A program made the position numbers and the translations under genes. A model generated the notes under the pieces. It was not told the DNA's origin and searched no databases. It was given only the letters and a program-made list of their open reading frames with translations. From contig CAVVHU010000001.1 of NCBI GenBank assembly GCA_963748195.1, forward strand, positions 52,698-116,697: a stretch of 64,000 bases of DNA. Direction: 5' to 3'. Source of the stretch: an uncultured Chlamydiales bacterium (GTDB taxonomy: Bacteria; Chlamydiota; Chlamydiia; Chlamydiales; JAAKFR01). The first letter of the stretch is position 1. Every line of letters begins with the position of its first letter. Of the stretch, positions 16,960 through 23,969 are shown one piece after another.

Positions 16960-18512
16960 TGAATCTCCTCAACAATCATCTTACTTCCTTCGATTCCAAT
17001 TACCTTGATTTTAACACCTTTCATCAAAAATTTCCCGCTGCTCACCGCATCGTAGAGTTCGCCATTGATCTCTACTTTTCCAGCCGTTCTTAGCGGAGAG
17101 ACCACAACCCCTACTGCGCCGATTTCAGGAAGTTCTTCTTTGGCCCGCCCTGCAAAATACCCTTCTTGTTCACCTTTCAGAACAAGCGGTGAAAAAGGAG
17201 CGAATTTGGGGAGCAAAAATTTCGCAAGAAGGGCGATCGTAATCACCCCGATGATGACAGATCCTGCAAGCCAGACAAGGCGATGAAAAACAAACTGGCC
17301 CGCCGCATTCAGGGTTTGGGTATCAAAATTGAACTTCACATCCTTGATCCCCGGGAGAAGAATCACGATAAGAGCGCCAATCGTTAAAACGATCCCTATG
17401 ATGCCTGTCACACCAAAACCCGGTATCACAAAGAGCTCGATTAAAATCAGCAAAACACCTACGCCGAGAATGATAAACTCAAGCCAACCTGCCGCTTCAA
17501 ATGCAAAACTCGAAAGGATGATGAGTCCAAGGCAGACTAACGCTACGATGCCGGGCAATCCAAAGCCAGGCGTGCTCACCTCCATGTAAAAACCGACAAG
17601 AAGTCCCAAAAAGAGAATGGAGGCGATGATAGGTGAAGCCAGAAAGGCAAAGAATTTCGTCCGCCAATCCATCTGAAAGGATTTCACGACTGCATTTGGG
17701 ATGTTTTTAAAGAAGGGATAGGTAAAGAGCAGCTCTTGGCTTCCATTCCACTCCCCTTTTTCTTTTTGCTCCTCAGTGATCGGAACCAATTTTTCCGGCA
17801 TGAGCCGAATATTTGCCACACCCAGCTCCAACATCTGCTTTGAGTCCAAAGTCAAAAGCTTTCCCTTACGTGTGATTACATGATCAGTCGACTCGATATC
17901 CTTGTCGCTGGAAAGCTCCATAATCTTTCCATCTCGCTCGACTAATATGAGATCTGCATCTACCATTGCCTCTGCAATCAACGGATTGCGGTCATAGAAA
18001 GCTGCACGGTTAGCAAAATCGGCACGAATTGCGGAATTGACCTTTTCAGATGTCGACTCACCGCTTTGTGTAACCGGAGCAGCAGCTCCCATGCTTGCAT
18101 CCTTAACAGCTGCGATATAGCGGCATGAATAGGCGAGCATGGCTCCTGCTGAGATCGCCCAATTGTTGACAACAGCGATAATCGGAATATCGTATTGAAT
18201 ATCCATCTCTTTAAGGGCGTCTGAAATTTTTTGGGCAGCAAAGACCTGCCCCCCCGGCGTGTCGAGTTCTAGAATGATAAAAATGGGATGGAGTTCCTCT
18301 TTGTAGTAATCGAGCGCTTTTCTGATATAGAGAAAGGTCCCCTGAGAGATTTGGGTATCATGGCCACCCACATAAATGTGGCCGACGTAATTCGTTCCGG
18401 TCTCTGAGTACTTGATATGATTAAATTCAGCAAATCCGTAGCTAAATAGAAGGCATAGAGTGAGAATCAGTCGCATGGCAGCATCATGCCCTATCAAACG
18501 TTTTCTTTCCAA
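16956..18512 (-). CDS. membrane-bound ClpP-class serine protease NfeD long form (YqeZ-like)
   Basis: 518-aa ORF with an N-terminal ClpP-like domain (...IILELDTPGGQVFAAQKISDAL...AISAGAMLAYSC...), a polytopic membrane region and a C-terminal NfeD OB domain. Confidence 0.65.
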   Translation of the reverse strand: MERKRLIGHDAAMRLILTLCLLFSYGFAEFNHIKYSETGTNYVGHIYVGGHDTQISQGTFLYIRKALDYYKEELHPIFIILELDTPGGQVFAAQKISDALKEMDIQYDIPIIAVVNNWAISAGAMLAYSCRYIAAVKDASMGAAAPVTQSGESTSEKVNSAIRADFANRAAFYDRNPLIAEAMVDADLILVERDGKIMELSSDKDIESTDHVITRKGKLLTLDSKQMLELGVANIRLMPEKLVPITEEQKEKGEWNGSQELLFTYPFFKNIPNAVVKSFQMDWRTKFFAFLASPIIASILFLGLLVGFYMEVSTPGFGLPGIVALVCLGLIILSSFAFEAAGWLEFIILGVGVLLILIELFVIPGFGVTGIIGIVLTIGALIVILLPGIKDVKFNFDTQTLNAAGQFVFHRLVWLAGSVIIGVITIALLAKFLLPKFAPFSPLVLKGEQEGYFAGRAKEELPEIGAVGVVVSPLRTAGKVEINGELYDAVSSGKFLMKGVKIKVIGIEGSKMIVEEIQ

Positions 18513-18579
18513 AAATTTAGAGAACTAAGATAAAAAATTTACTTGATCTTAACATTAAATTACTGTATAATAAGGTTAT

Positions 18580-19377
18580 ATGATAATAAGAAGCGTTACA
18601 GATTCATCTAATAGAGCTGTCCCACCGCTAGAATTTAAGCAGGGAAGCCTTTTCCGAAGGATTAGAGAGCTTGTCTATAGGGTTTTCTGCAATATTTGGC
18701 GCAGCGGGGCGAGTTATTTTCAGAAAATTAAAACAGATAATAAGCCGGACTCTCCTGGTGGCTTTGAGCTGCTCCGCAAGAGATGTTTAGGGCCCTCTGC
18801 CATCCAAGAGGTGACAGGTAAGCTGAACAACGTTCAACTCGTGAACAATTTTATGTTCGAAAACCTCGGTTCAGAACTCCCAGAACGAGAAAAAGAGCTA
18901 GCCCGGGTTTCTCACCAACACTCGAGCCGATTTGGGGATACAGATGCGCAAAGCGGCCGAATGGTTGGTGAGAAATCCGGGCTAGTATTCATCCCCACTG
19001 TTCTCCAAGGCAGGCCTGATCATATAGTAACAATCGTCTTTGATGCAGAGAAGAGCCGTATCGAGCTCTATGATCCGAAAGGGTTAACAGCTAATGATCA
19101 CTCAGAAAATGTGCGTGGGCAAGATTTTCGTTTAGTCGATCTCATCGAGAAAGTCGCCGATAAATATGGCGCTACTACTCTTTGGGAAAACACGGCACTG
19201 CACCAGAAAGACTCTCATAACTGCGGGGTCTATGCTCTCGATTATATCTCGAGGCGCTCTTCGAACGAGCAGCCCGAAGATATTGCAAAGAAGGGCCTTT
19301 CCTTCTCTAAAGCGAATAATGAGCGCCGTGCAGAATTTTTAGCATGGATTCACGGGCAAAAGCCAAGCTCTCAGTAG
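18580..19377 (+). CDS. Ulp1/SENP-like CE-clan cysteine protease (putative deubiquitinase/deSUMOylase effector)
   Basis: His (HIVTIVFDAEKSRIELYDPKG), Asp, and Gln...Cys (QKDSHNCGVYALDYI) in the order and spacing typical of the Ulp1 catalytic core. Confidence 0.6.
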   Translation: MIIRSVTDSSNRAVPPLEFKQGSLFRRIRELVYRVFCNIWRSGASYFQKIKTDNKPDSPGGFELLRKRCLGPSAIQEVTGKLNNVQLVNNFMFENLGSELPEREKELARVSHQHSSRFGDTDAQSGRMVGEKSGLVFIPTVLQGRPDHIVTIVFDAEKSRIELYDPKGLTANDHSENVRGQDFRLVDLIEKVADKYGATTLWENTALHQKDSHNCGVYALDYISRRSSNEQPEDIAKKGLSFSKANNERRAEFLAWIHGQKPSSQ

Positions 19378-20617
19378 AATGGGCAGCAGAGACGAAATTC
19401 GCCTCAAACTGAGACGGCACGATGTAAATCCCTTGGTTAAATAATGCCTGAAAAAAGCGGACAAACTGTTCTCGGTCGCATTTTTTCACATCCTCCATCG
19501 ATTCGATCTTCTTTTTCCCAAAAAATAGGGTAAAAAGAGAGCCTTGACTGTGAAGGCATAAAGGGAGATCCTCTTCTTCGATATACTCTTGCAGCGGCTC
19601 TATCAGCGACTTTGTGCGCTCTTCAAGCGTCCGATAAAAACCGGGTGAAGCACAGAGCTTCAAGGCTTGCAAGCCTGCCTCCATCGCCACAGGATTGCCG
19701 CTTAGAGTCCCTGCTTGATAGACAGGCCCTTCAGGGGCAAGATAATCCATGATCTCGCCTTTCCCTCCAAAAGCGGCTGCCGGGAATCCGCCCCCGACGA
19801 TCTTTCCAAAGCATGTTAAATCGGGTTCAATCCCATAGAGCTCTTGAGCACCTCCGAGTGAGACGCGGAACCCGGTGATCACTTCGTCGAATATCAGTAG
19901 CGCCCCTGCATTTCCGGTCTCTTCACGGAGCATCTGTAAAAAGCCCTCTTTTGGGAAAACAAGCCCCATATTGGCCGCTATCGGCTCTAATATCACCGCA
20001 GCAATACGCTCCCCATAGTCAGAAAAAGCCTTCCGGCACGCCTCAAAATCGTTAAAAGGAAGGCAAAGAGTGTGCTTCACAAAATCATCCGGCACACCGG
20101 CTGATGAAGATTGAACCGCAAGACCGGATCCTGCTTGCACAAGAAATGAGTCAGCGTGACCGTGATAGTGTCCGACAAATTTGATCAAAAGATCACGCTT
20201 GGTAAATCCTCGAGCCAGGCGGACAGCGCTCATTGTCGCTTCGGTACCCGACGAGACAAAACGGATCTTCTCGACAGAAGGAACATGCTCGACGATCAAC
20301 TGGGCAAGCTCTGCTTCGACAGGGGTGGTGATCCCAAAAGTGCTACCCATAGCGACTCTCTTTTGGGCTGCTTCCACGATACGAGGATGAGCATGGCCAT
20401 GGATCAGGGCTCCCCATGAACAGCAAAAATCGATGAAAGTGTTGCCGTCCACATCGACAATTTTATCCCCATAACCAGAATTGACGATAAGAGGTGTTTG
20501 TTCAAGGCCCGGGAAGGCGCGTACCGGTGAGTTGACCCCTTTGGGGATAACTCTACACGAGGTACGATAAATCTTTTCGCTTTTGACGCGATCTGTCTGT
20601 AAAGTATTCATAGACAA
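19307..20617 (-). CDS. hemL: glutamate-1-semialdehyde 2,1-aminomutase
   Basis: 436-aa class-III aminotransferase with a HemL-typical N-terminus (...SPVRAF...) and a PLP-lysine region. 3' end overlaps the convergent Ulp1-like gene by ~70 bp. Confidence 0.85.
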   Translation of the reverse strand: MSMNTLQTDRVKSEKIYRTSCRVIPKGVNSPVRAFPGLEQTPLIVNSGYGDKIVDVDGNTFIDFCCSWGALIHGHAHPRIVEAAQKRVAMGSTFGITTPVEAELAQLIVEHVPSVEKIRFVSSGTEATMSAVRLARGFTKRDLLIKFVGHYHGHADSFLVQAGSGLAVQSSSAGVPDDFVKHTLCLPFNDFEACRKAFSDYGERIAAVILEPIAANMGLVFPKEGFLQMLREETGNAGALLIFDEVITGFRVSLGGAQELYGIEPDLTCFGKIVGGGFPAAAFGGKGEIMDYLAPEGPVYQAGTLSGNPVAMEAGLQALKLCASPGFYRTLEERTKSLIEPLQEYIEEEDLPLCLHSQGSLFTLFFGKKKIESMEDVKKCDREQFVRFFQALFNQGIYIVPSQFEANFVSAAHSTESLAFARESMLKILHGAHYSL

Positions 20618-20706
20618 TCAAACTATCACAACGGCTTTATTCTGTGAACAACTTGACGAAAGAAAGCCAGTATATCGATTTTTTGTCGACACTAGTTAAA
20701 TTTTTT

Positions 20707-20737
20707 ATTCTTCTAAGAGGTCAGGGATCAAAAGAGG
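20707..20737. repeat. left copy of 25-29-bp direct repeat ATTCTTCTAAGAGGTCAGGGATCAA(A/G)AG flanking a 1.2-kb cassette
   Basis: Matching copy at 21905-21935. Confidence 0.7.
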
Positions 20738-20785
20738 ACTTCAAGACTTATATGTTGATAACTCTTGATAGTGAATGATTAGGTC

Positions 20786-21328
20786 TTATTCGTGTTGCCA
20801 TTTTTTTAAGAGTTCATATTCTTTTGAGTCTTTTTTCAAATCCAAAGCTTTAGCAATTTTGTCTAATGTACTTCTCCTTGGTAAGGAAGAAGTGTTAAAA
20901 AATCTACTAAGCGAAGGTCTAGGAATTTTAGTTTTTTCCGCCAATTTATTTAATCCACCCTCCCTATCTACAACCAATCGCAAAGCCTCTTTAAATTGCA
21001 TGACATTCTTTGCTATCATCTCGAGATTATCAAAATGAAAATAATCTTCCTTCCTTAGATTTTTCGGTAAAATTGGCTCCGAAAGTTCCTCTTCAATCTC
21101 CCCTTGAAGATCCGCAATAATTTCATCACAGACCTCTTTATCGGATTCAACAAACCACATTAACATGAGTTCGTATGTCCCATTATACTCCAATGCTAAA
21201 GGAAGCAAATGAGACACGAACTCATCAGATAAGCCAGACCTTTTCATGGCATCTAAAACTGCAATAACTCGAAATAATCTTTCAGAACCAGTATCCTGGC
21301 GAATGTTGATGCTAGGAACGGCACTCAT
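20786..21328 (-). CDS. XRE-family HTH protein, putative antitoxin (HigA-like addiction-module antidote)
   Basis: C-terminal HTH LAEKTKIPRPSLSRFFN...LDKIAKAL. Immediately downstream of and overlapping a toxin-like remnant. Confidence 0.4.
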   Translation of the reverse strand: MSAVPSINIRQDTGSERLFRVIAVLDAMKRSGLSDEFVSHLLPLALEYNGTYELMLMWFVESDKEVCDEIIADLQGEIEEELSEPILPKNLRKEDYFHFDNLEMIAKNVMQFKEALRLVVDREGGLNKLAEKTKIPRPSLSRFFNTSSLPRRSTLDKIAKALDLKKDSKEYELLKKWQHE

Positions 21329-21716
21329 AATTTCCCCCTAATAATTGCTTGTCTATTTATGATCTTCTGGACTCTCTTCATAAAAAGACCCATTTCCCTC
21401 TGATCCACTTTATCATCTCTTTTTACATAGCCCTGACATAAAAAAGTCTGCTTTTTATCAATTGCAACAGCAAGCCTTAGCTGTACTCGACCACTTCCAA
21501 AGTTGTGCCATTTCATTTTCCAGCCACTATGAATCACTCTACCACGATATGTGGCGGGTCCCCAAAATTTACCATTTTCAAACCGAGGGCTTGATCCTAC
21601 CCTTCCTTCAGCAATAGAACATCCCGTCTAATTATATTTTGAAACTCCTCTCTAGTGAATACCCTTTTATCCAATAGCTCAAGATAAGATGACAATGCCC
21701 ATTCAGTGATAATCAA
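21325..21716 (-). pseudogene. degraded Gp49/HigB-like toxin (RelE/ParE superfamily)
   Basis: 70-aa ORF ending ...TFLCQGYVKRDDKVDQREMGLFMKRVQKI (toxin C-terminus-like). The upstream N-terminal part (...KMVNFGDPPHIVV...) lies in another frame with stops. Confidence 0.35.
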
Positions 21717-21901
21717 TTCCATTGCAGTCCCCACTTACTAAAACAAAGGTAACATATGGTAACATTATACACAAGATGAAAAAATGTCTTAATTTTCCCT
21801 TAACATTCTTTTTCTACATTAAACCTAAAGATTATTCTAATGATCAAATCCACATATTTCTATCAGCTGAGCACTTCAGGAAAGTCCCCTGCGTAAAACA
21901 C

Positions 21902-22162
21902 TCATTCTTCTAAGAGGTCAGGGATCAAGAGGGTATTTATATTTTTGGTTTTAAACTTGGGCCCAAGTTGATCGAGGATCTCATTGAGAGCTAAAAGCCC
22001 CTTGCCCATGTTGATCTTATTCGAAGAGAGATCTGTGAGCAAGTCGAGGCACTGAGTCCTAATCTTCTCAAGCTCTTGATCATCAAAGGGCTTGGCCATG
22101 GTTAGGTAGAGCAAAATTGCCTGAATTGTAGAAGAGAGAGAATCGCAGTTTAGGTAACTCAT
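21902..22162 (-). CDS. hypothetical small acidic protein
   Basis: 86-aa ORF. Its last codons are encoded by the right direct repeat. Confidence 0.3.
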   Translation of the reverse strand: MSYLNCDSLSSTIQAILLYLTMAKPFDDQELEKIRTQCLDLLTDLSSNKINMGKGLLALNEILDQLGPKFKTKNINTLLIPDLLEE

Positions 22163-22235
22163 ACTGAGAATAATATAACCAAGCTCTAAAATTTGGAAAA
22201 GCGGAAAAAGTGCTCAAAGAGTATCTTATATAATC

Positions 22236-22559
22236 ATGAAGCGCTGCCTCTTCCTCGTGCTCTGTCTCTACTCGCAAATCTATGCGTATCAAGTTTCTTT
22301 TGAAGGGAATGTCCCTGAAGAAATTATTTTAACTGCGACATCGATTTCACAGTTAGAGTCGCAAAAAGAACGCCCTCCTCCCACTCTATTTACCCTCAAA
22401 AGAGAGCAGAGTCTGATAAAAAATCTCTTATTCAAGTCTTACATGCCTTTGGTTACTATGACGGCCAAATCCATATCGAGTATTTTGGCGCTTTTCCAAA
22501 TACAACGGTCCGCGTCTTTTTTGAGCCGGGCCCTCTTTACAGTTTTGGAAACCTTATGA
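22236..22559 (+). CDS. tamA: TamA/Omp85-family N-terminal fragment (signal peptide + start of POTRA), separated from the rest by a frameshift
   Basis: Signal peptide MKRCLFLVLCLYSQIYA. The frame ends 3 nt after the start of the barrel ORF. An A6 tract at 22425-22430 is the candidate shift site. Confidence 0.5.
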   Translation: MKRCLFLVLCLYSQIYAYQVSFEGNVPEEIILTATSISQLESQKERPPPTLFTLKREQSLIKNLLFKSYMPLVTMTAKSISSILALFQIQRSASFLSRALFTVLETL

Positions 22560-23968
22560 TTCTTGAGGAAGATGGCATGCCCCTATGCCTTGCTGAATCG
22601 AGCTTTTCTCTAAGGCCCGGGTATGCAGCAACATCCGATGCGGTTCTCGATACCCAGGATCAAATTCTCGAACAAATCTCCTGTATGGGCTATCCGCTGG
22701 CTTCCATAATTGACCGCCAAGTCGTTGTCGATCAAGAAAGTAAAAAAGTCTTTGTCACATTTGTTGTCAGCAGAGGCCCTCTCGCCTACTTCGGCACTGT
22801 CGAGGTAGAAGGGTTATGCAAGGTGAAGCGCGGCTATGTGAACCGCCGAATATTGTGGTCATACGGCGACTTATACAATCCGAATAAAGTCGCTGAAACA
22901 GATGCGTATTTACAAGAATCGGAGCTATTTTCAATTGTGACTGTACGTCCAGCTGATGTCGTTGATTCTGAAGGGCATTTGCCCATGTTAATCCGCGTAG
23001 AAGAGAAAAAATACCGACATGTTGGCGCCGGTGTAAGCTACAGCACAGATGAATCTGCAGGAGCGATGGCACAATGGAGCCATGACAATTTTTTAGGATG
23101 GGGAGACTCTCTTGGCTTAAATGGAGAATGGTCCCAGATCATCAAGCGGGCTACACTTGTTTACGCCATGCCTGATTTTTTCCGCAGAAACCAGGATCTC
23201 CTCTTTTCAGCTGAAGCGCGTAGGGAAGATGCACCGGGATTTATCGAAAGGGAATTGAGCTTCCTAGTACGTATAGACAAAAGAGTGACCAATTACTTTT
23301 CGTATAATTACGGTGGAAGGTATGAATACCTATTAAGCACTAAATCGGACAACGATGCGAACTACAACCTATTGAGTCTCCCAATTCAACTCCGTTGGGA
23401 TACTTCAAATCGCCTTCTCAATCCAACCAGAGGAACAACAATCGCCTATTTTTCAACACCTTATCTCGCTGTGGGGAATGAACACATCACTTTCTGGAAA
23501 CAAGAAATCTTTGCAGCTACCTATCATCCGATCTTCTCTTCCGGGGCTGTTTTGATCGCTTTTTCAGGACAGCTTGGATCTATCTTTGGACAATCGCGCT
23601 ATGAAATCCCTGCTCCTAAAAGATTCTATGGGGGTTCTTCAACGACTTTGCGAGGTTATAAATACTTAACCGTGTCGCCGCTTGAAGGGAAAAAGCCACT
23701 CGGTGGACGCTCGATTGTAGTCGGTTCTGTCGAACCGCGAGTACGCATTCTTGATAAACTCTACTTTGCGACCTTCTACGATATTGGAAATGTCTACTCC
23801 ACCCCTTTTCCTCAGTTCGATAAAAAGCTGCTCCGCTCAACGGGGGTAGGCATACGCTATTTAACAGCTCTTGGACCTTTTCGCCTTGATATCGGTTTTC
23901 CGCTCGATAAGCGCAAAGGGATTGACAAAACGTTTCAGATATATGCAAGTTTAGGACAGACATTTTAA
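22556..23968 (+). CDS. tamA: TamA (Omp85/BamA-superfamily outer-membrane assembly protein), barrel portion
   Basis: 470-aa ORF. POTRA-like GYYDGQIHIEYFG continues upstream in the same frame without a start. C-terminal beta-barrel ends ...ASLGQTF (aromatic terminus). Followed by tamB. Confidence 0.75.
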   Translation: MILEEDGMPLCLAESSFSLRPGYAATSDAVLDTQDQILEQISCMGYPLASIIDRQVVVDQESKKVFVTFVVSRGPLAYFGTVEVEGLCKVKRGYVNRRILWSYGDLYNPNKVAETDAYLQESELFSIVTVRPADVVDSEGHLPMLIRVEEKKYRHVGAGVSYSTDESAGAMAQWSHDNFLGWGDSLGLNGEWSQIIKRATLVYAMPDFFRRNQDLLFSAEARREDAPGFIERELSFLVRIDKRVTNYFSYNYGGRYEYLLSTKSDNDANYNLLSLPIQLRWDTSNRLLNPTRGTTIAYFSTPYLAVGNEHITFWKQEIFAATYHPIFSSGAVLIAFSGQLGSIFGQSRYEIPAPKRFYGGSSTTLRGYKYLTVSPLEGKKPLGGRSIVVGSVEPRVRILDKLYFATFYDIGNVYSTPFPQFDKKLLRSTGVGIRYLTALGPFRLDIGFPLDKRKGIDKTFQIYASLGQTF

Positions 23969-23969
23969 T

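Larger units (their letters stand above)
20707..21935. mobile_element. putative small integrated cassette (att-like direct repeats) carrying a toxin-antitoxin remnant
   Basis: Direct repeats at both ends. Interior holds an HTH antitoxin-like gene plus a decayed Gp49/HigB-like toxin. The right repeat coincides with the 3' end of host ORF 21902..22162. Confidence 0.45.

Noticed and set aside
21722-21913. 63-aa plus-strand ORF inside the direct-repeat cassette
   Set aside because: AT-rich, no RBS, composition unlike coding. Probably non-coding cassette sequence.
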